From: Blepharisma stoltei ATCC 30299
Taxonomy: Eukaryota > Protista > Ciliophora
Direction of reading: 5' to 3'
Assembly: GCA_965603825.1 (NCBI GenBank)
Contig: CBFDEM010000020.1
Location: 682,001 to 746,000, forward strand
Length of the DNA: 64,000 bases
Positions 13,544 through 25,009 of this stretch are shown one piece after another; position 1 is the stretch's first letter; each line of letters begins with the position of its first letter. Position numbers and translations under genes: made by a program. Below the pieces are notes generated by a model, which saw nothing but the letters and a program-made list of their open reading frames with translations, had not been told where the DNA came from and ran no database searches.

Positions 13544-14182
13544 TTAAAATGGATTGAGCTTGCAAAGGGGGCATCTTGGATCTCTGCTGTGCTCTAAAAA
13601 TCATTCTGTTATACAAGTCTTGTGAAATATATGCTCACAATTTAATTGTCTTATTAGTACATCTGCAGTAAAATCTTCTAAGCATATAGAGCAGGTTGTC
13701 TGACTATATTTTTCGTCTTCCTCATAATATTTCTCTGGATATTTTGAATTTATGATAGCTTCAGTAAGACTAGGGACTGTGTCTTCACTATTAGCCGCAA
13801 TATAAATTTCAGGTAAGACCCGTCGTCTGCTTTTACAATATATAAAAATAAATACCGACATGCAAAGAAAACTCAATACTATCAATGTAACCCCAAAAGC
13901 CATGAGAACTCCAATTTCTCAGGTACTGCCACTGGAAGGGCAATCACCTTGGTCGTAGTTGCATGCTTTTACGTTGCATAAGTCTTGGCAGACTCCATCT
14001 CCCATCATAGCAAGCTTACAGCCAGGAGAGCATTGAGGGCAATCTATTCCATCATAGTCACAAGATTTAGTAAAGCATTGTGTTTGGCAGTTAGTATTGT
14101 TTACATCGGATCATGTGCATCCTGGAGAGCACTCACCTAAGCACTTTCCTCCTTCACAGCTGCTTAAATCTCTTCTTTTCAT
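13544..14182 (-). CDS. LNR (Lin12/Notch)-repeat, single-TM, RING-H2 E3 ubiquitin ligase, ~212 aa
   Basis: Two Cys-rich units CSPGC..C...C....CDYDGIDC and CSPGC..GDGVCQDLCN..ACNYDQGDC, then a TM, then C3H2C3 RING CSIC..CEHIFHKTCITE(W=TGA)..CPLC; TAA at 13544. Confidence 0.82.
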
Positions 14183-14281
14183 AATGTTTTTGATTCCTTT
14201 ATTTTCATAGTAGTAATTGAACTGCAAATTTCGATAATCACCAACAACCTCGATAGAAATAATATTCACAATCAAATTTTA

Positions 14282-15637
14282 ATGGAGACTCAAAATGTAA
14301 ATGACTACATGTCAAAGATCCGCTTATGCTCTATGCAAGAACTTCGAGAAATCGCAAGGAAACTCGAGCTCAAATCTAATGGAAAACGTGAAGAACTCGC
14401 AAGATTAATCGTATCTTTTCTTTTAACCCCAGAAGGCCGAAACGAAGCATATCGAAAGCTGGATTTAAATTTCGCGAATTCTTTTTACGACCAAATTAAA
14501 ACATCAAATAGGCTCCCAGAAAAATTCCGCTGCATATGCGAAGGAGGCTCTGGTGCTACAATTGAATGCACCCGCTGCAAATTTCATCAGCATACTTCCT
14601 GCATGGGCAGAAATACTCTTATTTCTCCATATGAATGCCCAACCTGCCAACTTTATCAAATGCAGCCTCTTGACGAAGTCGTTGAATTTTATATTCTCCC
14701 TAACTCAGTCCCCCGAGATTTTATTCATGGAACTCAATGTGAAAGAAATTTTACTTTTTTACAGTCTCAGCTTGATAAAATCCATAGTGCTAAAGGTGCT
14801 TTACAAATCCAAGCTCGATGTTTAAGGATCGATGGGATTGGATACACTCATCAATGGCCTAAAGTAGGCTGTTTAATAGTCAATGGAAGAACTGCAATGG
14901 AGTTTCGAGGTCCTGAGCATTCTAATGCAAAAGCACGAAAAGACGAGCCACTAAATTTGACCACACTTTTTGTTCCAGGCAAAAACTCAGTGAATTTATT
15001 AAGAGTTGCAGATACTGAAAGCTTTTTTTGGGCTCTTGTGCTGATTAAAAAGAGAAGCGACGATCATTTTATTAAAGAAGTTTGCTCAAAACCTGGGCTA
15101 TCAGTAGAGCAAGGAAAAGCGTTTCTTATCAAAAAATTGAATAGTGGGGATAGTGATATTCAGTCGAGAAGTGTAAAATTGTCGATAAAATGCCCATTTA
15201 CGATGACTTTGATGGAAATTCCTGTGAGGGGGACAAAATGTGACCATTTACAGTGCTTTAATTTAGACCCATTTGTGAGACTGCAGAAATCGTCAAAAGT
15301 AAATAGATGACGGTGTCCGATTTGCAAGGGACTGGCGTTTGATTTAATTGTAGACAAGTTTATGGCTGAAATTGTGGAGCATGCTCGAGTCCTTAATGAT
15401 CCTCATAGCGTTGAGTTGATGTCTGATGGAACTTATAGGATAATTTCTTTTGAAGAATACCTTGAAAGTATCAATAAAAAGGAAGAGGAGTCAGGAAAAG
15501 CAGAAAACGAAGCTAAGAAAAAGAGAAAAACCGAAAAAGATGACAGCATAAATCTGAATGAATTGATGCCAGCACCAGTTCAGATACAGAAAAATAACGG
15601 AAATCCACAAGTGGTTGATTTAATAGATCTGGATTAA
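14282..15637 (+). CDS. SIZ/PIAS SUMO E3 ligase (SAP-PHD-PINIT-like-SP-RING), ~451 aa
   Basis: SAP-like N-terminus; PHD CIC..IECTRC..QHTSC..CPTC; SP-RING KCPFT..PVRG.KCDHLQCF..R(W=TGA)RCPIC; C-terminal SIM-like VVDLIDLD. Confidence 0.88.
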
Positions 15638-15707
15638 TATAATTAAAAATAAAGTATAGTCTCATAAGAAATATTCAAAGCAATAAGATAAATAATAATT
15701 GTTATCA

Positions 15708-16730
15708 CTATTCGTTAATATATGAAGCTTGAACATCTTTTACCAAGTATTTGAATACATATTTAGCTGTTTTCGTATTCTGAATTAAATGTTTAGGTGC
15801 CTGATCAACAATAGTTTTGAAATCTGCAAGATAAGCTTCTATAATTTTCAGTTTCTCTACAACTTCACTTGATTTAGAATTCATATCATCACCTTTAGAA
15901 GCAGGCTGGACTTTTAGATTTTTATAGTGATTTATATTAGGTCCTTCTTTGCATCTTCTATACAAATTATCAATAGCCCTGCATAACCATTACATAAAAA
16001 TATGTCCTATTTCCACTTGTTTCTCAGTCGCTAAAGCACTATTAACGTCCACTTGTTTAGTTAAATCCAGCCTTTTGGAGTCCACATCTTCATATTGTTT
16101 GCTTAACTGAGCAATTTCAATATTTAGCTGCATGATCTCATCTTTTTTCTTTTTCTCCAGCTGATCTCTCATTGTCCTGATTTTCTGGTTTTCCTCTTCA
16201 AGCTCTTTTTGCTGCTGTTTCAGCTGGTTATTTGCATTAATCAGCTTTGTATGTAAATTCAAAATATCATTTATATCTGTAAACTCTTCTGGATTTTTAA
16301 GTCTGACTTTTTCAAGAAACTCTTCATACCTTTTCATCGACTGGACTTGTGCTTCTAAAGATCCAGCTTTTTCTTTAAGTTGGACAACTTTGGCCTCGAG
16401 TTCTTCTTTTTTCTTCTGTTTAGCCTCAATTGCTTTTTTCTCTTCCTCGATCCTGTTTTTGGCTCTTTGGAGTTTTGCTTCGTTTTCGTTGATCACTTTG
16501 GAAAACTCGACGAATTTTTCTTGGACAGCCAAATCTCTTGCACGAAGTTCTTCTTCTTTGCTGTTGAAAATTTCAAGGCGGCGGTTTTCTTCTTCTTTTT
16601 GACGTTCAAAAGCTTCTTGCACTTGGTACATAAGGCGCCGTTTGTCCTAGATAGAGAATACAAGCAGTCTAGTTGCAGGAGAAACAGTGTCCATTTTAAG
16701 CTGTTTGAGATTGTACTTCGTGCCTTTCAT
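15708..16730 (-). CDS. CCDC42/CFAP73-like ciliary coiled-coil protein (DUF4200), ~330 aa, two introns
   Basis: Spliced product reads SPATRLL-DKRRLMYQV..KFVEFSKVINENEAK..MAIDNLY; two 15-nt introns remove in-frame stops. Confidence 0.8.
15979..15993 (-). other. 15-nt intron GTAATGGTTATGCAG
   Basis: Removes an in-frame TAA and restores MAIDNLY. Confidence 0.9.
16647..16661 (-). other. 15-nt intron GTATTCTCTATCTAG
   Basis: Removes an in-frame TAG and restores PATRLLDKRR. Confidence 0.9.
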
Positions 16731-16815
16731 CTATTATGCTAATTTTATTAATAAAAATGTATTTTACAATTTAAAAATCGCAAAAGGAGACTTTAAAATA
16801 TATAAAAATATTAAT

Positions 16816-19137
16816 TTATTCATCTTCTTCCGAAAGTTGGCTTTCAGGGGTATTTGCAGGCATCCTATTCATTGGTGTTTCTTCAGTTGATGGAAATTCT
16901 ATTAATGGAAGGATTTTATTAGATGCCTTTTTTGGTGGGATTGGCTCTTCTTGAGTTACAATTTTAGGCTCAATTTTTTCTTGCTGCTGTTCTGGCTGCG
17001 GATCAGGGAATTTTCCTTGGTCTACCAATGACATTCTGAATTTTTTGCTTCTTGCCTGCTCTTCTTCATCCTCTTCTTCTATATCTTCTCTATCTTCATT
17101 TCCTTCACTATCCAAATAAAACATCGTATATCTTGGCTGGGCTTTTCTAGCAAAAGATTCATTTCCTGGCTGTTGATTTTCGTAGCCAGAGTTTGCACTT
17201 GTGCTAGAACTAGATGCTCCATTAGGCCCTTGTATATATTTTTCCAAGTATCCTTTGATTTTTGGGTACATTTGTGGATCCTTAGGGAACATTTTTATGG
17301 TAGGCCTTGGGACTCCAACTATGTTTCTAGAATTATAATGTATAGAACCCATACCTTTGGGAACTCTATGATAGTTTGGCTCTGCATCTTCATGAGCATT
17401 GACGTATTTGGTTTCTGGAGCTCCCCTCTTTTCAAGCCATTTTTTCTTTGTTTCTTCATGATCAAGGTTCAGCAATATTTTTTTACATCTAACAGACACG
17501 TGTCCAAGCTCATGACATATATAGCATTTGACTAGTAATGAAGAATAGTCACCGTCTTCACATTTTTTCGACATCGCCTCTGTGGAATCTTTTGCTTCTG
17601 GGAACTTTTCGAGCAGCATATTCATATTTGTCCTGGACAAGCTTAATAAGTCAACGAAATCCAAACATTTAGCTGAAGCACACCTAGGCTTTTCAGTGAA
17701 AAATGCGATTTCTCCAAAATATTCGCCAGGTCCTAGCTCTTTAAAGGTCGATTTGGTTTGATGATGGTAAATATCAACCCTCCCGTTCTGAATAAAATAC
17801 ATTTTTGAGCTCATTTCCCCTTCTTCAATAACCGTGTCTCCAGGGGCATATGTCTCGCTTTCCAGTGCTCTTGTCAGTTGAGAAATAAAATGTGCCTCAT
17901 ATTTTTCAAAAATTGGGCAAAGTTTTATAATAACACCATGAATATGTGCATAAATTTCATCTCTAAGCGGCTCTGATAACAGTGACAAAATCTGTTTTTC
18001 GTCTAAATTATTTTTCTTTTTATTTTCCCATATATATTCTAGATATCTTCTAACTCTAAACTGAAGATCATGAGGCAAATCTTTTTTCCTCATATATCGG
18101 TTTACAGCAACCACTTGTTCTCTATAAGCGTTTTCTACTGCATTCTGCTTGCTGACTAAAGAGCCAATACTACCTACTGTATATGCAAAAACACCACAGG
18201 CGACTATCATAGAAAACATCGCATAAATTTTTTCTCCTACTGTAAGTGGGACTATATCTCCATAGCCTACTGTGGTCATTGTTGTAAAGGCTCAATAAAG
18301 AGAGGTAATGTATTTGTCAAAATTGGGGGAATTGTCGATTTTTGCTGCCGTTACCCAAGTTTGAGGATGATCTGACATGTTGTAGGCGCCTAAAAAATAC
18401 CACCAGCAAGCTGTCCAGTGGGCGATAAAAAAGACTACTGCCAAAAGTCTTAAAAATACGAAAAAGGTGGCAATTGTATTGCTTGCAATATAATCTTCTA
18501 ATTTTATCAAAATTCTTTTGAGTTTTGCTATACGCACGAGCCTCAAAATTCTCAGAAATTTGAAAATTTTCACGAATCTTAAAAGTCTTGAGGCTTGGCT
18601 GTAGCTTGCACCTCCACTGGAGCTTGTATCTCCTTGTTCAAAAACCCCATTGGTGAACCATGTATATGGTATACTTGATGCTAGATCAGCAATAAATCAT
18701 CCTTTGAGGTAAAATATAGCAATTTCTTTTCTATTCATAATGAGTGCTCCTCTTGAGTAAAACCCAGTATTAAAACTGAAAGCAATGTCTATCATAAAGA
18801 TTATAGCTATAAGAAATTCAAAATATCCTCACCAGCCAGAAATCGCCACATCGAAACAAATTCTGAAAGGGACTGAAATCGATATATATATAATAAGCAG
18901 CATTGCAAGAAAGTCCCAGCCCATACGAAACATGGACTCTGGGTGAAATACCCATTTCGTGAGATATTTGTTCCCTTCTTCATCTTCAGCTATTGGAGTC
19001 TTTGGGGTGAAAGCGTCCTTTTTTATCGTTTTCAATTGAGAAAGTGCTTTGTTATTGCCGTGAGAAGGGTTATCTATGGGTCCTTGTGAGACGTTATCTT
19101 GAATAGCCTTCCAAGTTTTGTCTTGTTTTCTTTCCAT
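16816..19137 (-). CDS. CNBD K+ channel with a CCHC zinc knuckle, ~773 aa
   Basis: Same-frame ORFs joined by TGA. YLKG(W)FIAD, SLY(W)AFTTMTTVGYGD pore, CNBD FGEIAF..PRCASA. Confidence 0.92.
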
Positions 19138-19313
19138 ATAAAATTATTATAATTCATTAGAATTCTGGTGGTTTTCAGATTAATGTAAACTGGGAGTATT
19201 TCTGCATAAAAATATTAATTTTTGAAATTATGACAGTATTTAAAAAAACTCTGAATAAAAGAATTAATTTTGATTGAATTAGGCAAAATCATAATGGTTT
19301 TAGTTTTCTGGAA

Positions 19314-19550
19314 TTAAAGTTTCAAGTCTTCTATAAGTTTATCAACGATTGAATCATATATATCGTTATTAAGTTTTAAAGCTTCAGCTTGATCAAGAAT
19401 AAGGCTAGCACTTCCTTTCTTTTCTTCTTGATCAGCGATAATTGTAGCAACTTTGACTTCTACTTGAGCCTCTTGGCTTGTTAAAGCAACTGGTGTTACT
19501 GTGTATGAAACTGGAGCTATTATATTTTTCGATGCCTGTCCGCAACCCAT
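19314..19550 (-). CDS. Small protein (78 aa) with an N-terminal MGC acylation motif
   Basis: ATG..TAA ORF flanked by AT-rich spacers; MGCGQAS fits N-myristoylation plus palmitoylation. Confidence 0.6.
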   Translation of the reverse strand: MGCGQASKNIIAPVSYTVTPVALTSQEAQVEVKVATIIADQEEKKGSASLILDQAEALKLNNDIYDSIVDKLIEDLKL

Positions 19551-19789
19551 AATAAATTACCAAAATATTAAATTTTGAATTTTTAATCTGTAGCTAGTGT
19601 TGTGCAAGCAAATATTCGCTATATATTAATTATCGTATATTTTCGTAAATTATCTTGGCGGATATTCATTGAGAGTTCTAAAATAAAATTATAGCTTTTT
19701 ACTTATAAAATAAAAAATATCTTTTAATGTCTATACAAAGCTAATCTATTGCTGAAATATATTAAATTCTGATGTATAATTAAAAATAA

Positions 19790-22700
19790 ATGAAAATCTA
19801 TAAAAGGCGCGTCTGGCAGCATTATAAAGCTCTGATCTATAAAAATTGAATTCTATGGAAAAGAAGGTGGTTCGGATCTTTATTCGAATTACTTTTTCCT
19901 ATCCTGCTTATTTTGCTACTAACTCTTATAAGAGTTTCAGCAGGAAGAACAAGCCACAATGGAAAATCATACTTAAAGGACTATTCAATGGTCGTCACAC
20001 CAGATGACTGATTCTCATACACGATTCCAGAAAATCCTTTTGTATATGTAAAATTAAATTCATTCACAAAACACACTCATAGTTATTGTGAGTCTTATTT
20101 AAACCTTTCTCCCTTATGATCAATAGCGATAGTCCCTGGGAATATCTCTATTTCAAATGAGCTCGCTGATATGATGGCTATTAATGGATTTGAAAGGTCA
20201 AAAATAATTTATTTTTCTGATGAAAATGAATTAGAGAAAAATATCACAAGTGATCATTATGACGATGCAGGAAATGGCAAGATATGCTATGCTATTGTAT
20301 TTAAGCATTGAACCGAAAACAACTTCCAATACAAATTTCGTCACAATATCACGTCTTCATATCCACCTTCAAACCAGCAAGTAGGAAACGTAATTGATAT
20401 ATTTGACTATCAAACCTATGAACCTACTGATGATCTTATAAGAGTTCCTAAGCCAGAATTCCAAGAGCAATATTTTGATAGTAATTTTATCCACGTCATG
20501 AACTATATTGACAATATTATTCTTAGGAATATTACAAATAATGCCAGCGCTTATATTGCTGCAGGCTTTGTGCCTATGTGATATGATGATTACATCACTG
20601 ATAATTTTATCACATTAATTGCGAATATGCTGCCATTTTTTATAGTAATTTCTTATGCTATTCCTGTGTGTAGAATGATATCGCTAATAGTGCAGGAAAA
20701 AGAGTACAAAAATAAAGAAATGATGATGATTATGGGATTATCAAATTTTGCGTATTGAACATCGTGAATAACTTACTATTTCTCTATATATACAGTCATT
20801 GCAGGGATAAATAGTCTGATTTGTATGGCTCTGTTTAATTATAGCAGCACAGGGCTCATTTTTTTAATGTTTTGGTTATATGGGATTTCTTGTATAGCTT
20901 TCAGCGTCCTTATGAGTATGCTTTTTTCTAAGTCAAGAACTGCGGTAATGCTTAGTTTGATGCTTTTTTTTATTAGCTATTTTATAAGTTTTGCAGTAAT
21001 GGATCCGATATTAAGCTTTGGGCAAAAAGCTGCAGCTTCTTTGCTGCCAAATGTTGCACTATACTTAGGAATTGATATCTTAGCGAAGCTTGAAGAAGGA
21101 AGATCTGGAGTGCAGAATAGCAACTTGCAAAAAGAAATTGACCATTATACGTTTGAAACTTTTTATATTTTCATGGTAGTAGATACGGCCATCTTTGTGA
21201 TTTTAGCATGATATTTAGATCGGATCTGGCCGAGTGAGTGGGGAATAAAAAGGCCATGATACTTTTTATTTACTAAGGATTTTTGGTGCCATGAGAAAAA
21301 TAAGCGTAGTAAAGATATTATTGAAAAAGAAATAGCATGAGGAGAAAATGTTGAGCCCGTTGACATAGTGATTGAAAAACAAAAAGAGTTAGGCCAAGCG
21401 TTGATTATCAGAAATTTTACTAAAGTATTTAGCAGCAAAACAGCAGTAGATGGCCTTAATTTAGACATCTACCAAGATCAGATTTTTGCGCTTTTAGGTC
21501 ACAATGGTGCAGGGAAGACCACAACTATATCAATGATGATTGGCATGATTCCTGTAACAAGTGGAGAAATGCTTGTAAAAGATTTATTACTGTCCAAAGA
21601 TTTAGAAAAAATCCGGATGCTTCTTGGTGTATGTCCACAGCAAAATGTATTATATAATGACCTCACTCCTAAAGAGCATTTATATTTATTTTCTATCTTT
21701 AAAGGCAGGGTTAATAAAAATGAAATAAATGAGGATATAGAAGAAAAAATTTTAGACGTAAATTTAAAGGACAAAGAAAACAGTAGAGTTAAAAATCTTT
21801 CTGGAGGACAAAAAAGAAAATTATCATTAGCTATAGCACTTATTGCAGATTCTCCTATTGTTATTTTAGATGAGCCTACATCAGGTATGGATTTGAATTC
21901 GAGAAGACAGACTTGAGATATGCTAAAAAATAATAAAAGCAACCGAATAACTATATTTACAACTCATTATATGGACGAGGCAGATGTCCTTGCTGATAGA
22001 ATTGGGATAATGTCACAAGGGAAATTACGATGTTGTGGAAGTTCTGCATTTCTAAAAAATCGATATGGGGTTGGCTATTATATAAAAATCGTCAAAGATT
22101 TAGATTCAGGTAATTCTTTTGATGATAATGCCGTTATTGATTTTATAAGAAATCATATTTCAGAGTCGAAGATCTCATCAAATACTAGAGCTGAGATAAC
22201 ATTTCATTTACCTATTTCGAGTGTTTCACAATTCAATGATTTTTTTGCTAGTTTAGATGCGTCTTTACAAAAATTAAATATAAAATCATATGGAGTCTCA
22301 GCCACTACCTTAGAAGAAGTTTTCTTAAAGGTAGCTAGAGGAGACGACACAGAGTTAAAAAATCTTGACTTTGAAGACATTGAGATAGAAGAAAATACAT
22401 TAAAATCTGATTTTAGGCTTTCAAGAGACAGATTAAAAGGATCTCTTTTTTTTAAACATTTTTTTGCATTACTGAAGAAAAGAATTTTGTGGTCAAAAAG
22501 AGATGTGAAAAGCCTTATTTTCGAAATTTTCATCCCAATTATCCTTGTAATTATTGGGTTAGGGCTAATGCTGATTGCTAAAAGATTTAAAAATGAGTCT
22601 TCACATCTGCTTACAGTTACTGATTACCACAAGCCTCAAAATATCTTATATCAAGCTCAAAAAGGAAACAGCTTTATTCCATATTTAATGGCTGAAATTG

Positions 22701-24997
22701 AAAGGAAATACAATACTAAAGGAAAAAATACTATGAAAACGACTCCATGGGCTGACAATAATGATATTGTATCTTATGACGAATTTATTTTTAATGACAG
22801 AGATAACGTTAGTCCTTATAGGATGGGGGCTTATTACTTCTATAAAATGGATAATTTAACCCATCGCTATGAGCCTATAATTTTTCAAAACCAAACAGCA
22901 TTCCAAGCTGTAGGAGTCTATTACAATTTGATATCTCAGGCAATTCTTCAAAGCATCAACCCTCAAATCAATGTAAAAGTATATAATCATCCTCTCCCTT
23001 ATACTGCAAAAGTAATGAGTCTTAATAATATAGGAGATGGGTTTATCGCTTCTATTATATTTTCTCTAGGATTTAGTTTTATTCCTACAGGAGTTATAGC
23101 ACTAATTGCGAAAGAAAGGGAATCTAACATAAAACACCAGCATGTGATAAGTGGAGTGTCTTTATTTTCTTATTGGACTGCAAATTTTGTATGGGATATA
23201 GTAAAACATATAATTCCTGGAGTGATTTGTCCATTATTAATACTAGCATTTGGTGTTACGATATTGACAGAGCCTGGAGAAAGCTATGCTGCAGTCTGAC
23301 TGCTAATGCTTCTTTTTGGGTGCTGTATGGCGTCTTTCACGTATTTTACAAGTTTTTTCTTTAGAAATTACCCAACAGCGCAAGTTGTAACAATTTTGCT
23401 AAATTTTGTGACTGGAAGTATCTTGGCTCCTGGAATTCTTGTAATGTATCTTTTTGACCAAACTAGATCAGCAGCACATGGATTACGTTGAATTTTCAGA
23501 ATTTTCCCTAATTTTTGTTTTGGGTTCGGAATTCTAGAAGTTGGCAGCAGAAGATTACTTGCATCATTAGATGGAAGAAATGAACCTTATGATGCTTTAT
23601 CTTTAGACAGTGCAGGAGGAGATATTTTAATGATGGGAATAATGACACTTGTTTATATGCTTTTAATATTTATAGCAGAATATATGGAAATCCATTTAAA
23701 GCTATTCCAATTTATTTTTAAACCTCACAAAATCAAGACCAAAAAACACTCAAAAGATGATGATGTTGAAAAAGAAGCGAAGAAAGCAGAAAAAACAAAC
23801 CCAAAAGATGTGCAAGTGAACGCTAAAGAGCTTCAAAAAGTGTTTAGAAGTGGAAAAACGCATTTGGTTGCTGTTGAAAATGTAAGCTTTAATGTAAATT
23901 ATGATGAGTGTTTTGGGCTTCTGGGGGTGAATGGGGCTGGAAAGACAACAACTTTTAAAATGCTTACGGGAGAAATTGCTCCTTCATCAGGAGAAGCATA
24001 TATAAGCGGCTTTAGTATTAACAATGACTTCAATAATATAAGAAAAGTTATTGGATATTGTCCTCAATTTGATGCAATCAGTGAGCTGCTCACAGTAAAA
24101 GAGAATTTAAATTTGTACGCTGATATTAAAGGAATTCCTAAAGTATGGAAAAAAGAAATGGTTAATGAAATTATTATGAATATGGACTTGGAAAAGTATG
24201 AGAATGCATTATCAGGAAACTTATCTGGAGGTAATAAAAGAAAATTATCAGTTGCAATTGCTTTGATTGGGAACCCTTCAGTTTTATTTTTAGATGAGCC
24301 TTCTGCTGGAATGGACCCAGAGACGAGGAAAAAGCTTTGGCAAGTATTATCAAATATTAAACAAAATGGATCATCTGTTTTGTTGACAACTCATTCAATG
24401 GAAGAAGCTGAAGCTCTTAGTGATAGAATGGCCATTATGGTTGCTGGCAAATTTCAATGCTTAGGCACTCCAACTTGAATTAAAAATAAATACGGAGATG
24501 GCTATGAACTCCAAATCAAAACAGAGCCCCCATCTGATTTTGAATTAACAGACAGAGATAAACAGTTAGATAGAGAAATCCAAGATAAAGATTCGATTCC
24601 TAGCTCTCAAGTTTCGAAGTGCCTTGATATCTTAGGAGCCCAATTTTTAAAAGAAGAAATCCATGAAAAAGGATCAGGCTCTGCTTTTTTTTACCAGCTA
24701 AAGCGTGAAAATTCAGTTCCTAGAGACTCTTTTATATCATGAGTAATATCTGAAGAAATTATAGATAAAATTCACGAATGGTTGAAATCTGAGTTTAATG
24801 ATGTAGAAATCATTGAACGATATGGAAATTTATCAAAATTCAAAATATTAAAACAAGAAAATAGATCCGTAGGCTATTTATTTTCAGTTATTGAAGAGAA
24901 AAAGCAAGAACTCAGAATATCAGAATACTCTCTATCCCAAACTTCACTCGAACAAATTTTCAACAATTTTGCAAGAAATATAGACGAACCTCAATAA
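19790..24997 (+). CDS. ABCA-family full-size transporter, ~1735 aa
   Basis: ORF fragments all share the frame of ATG 19790 (ALIYKN(W)ILWKRR..ELLFP) and break at TGA. Two NBDs: GHNGAGKT/LSGGQKRKL/LDEPTSG and GVNGAGKT/LSGGNKRKL/LDEPSAG; TTLEEVF and TSLEQIF. Confidence 0.93.
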
Positions 24998-25009
24998 ATA
25001 ATTTTTATA

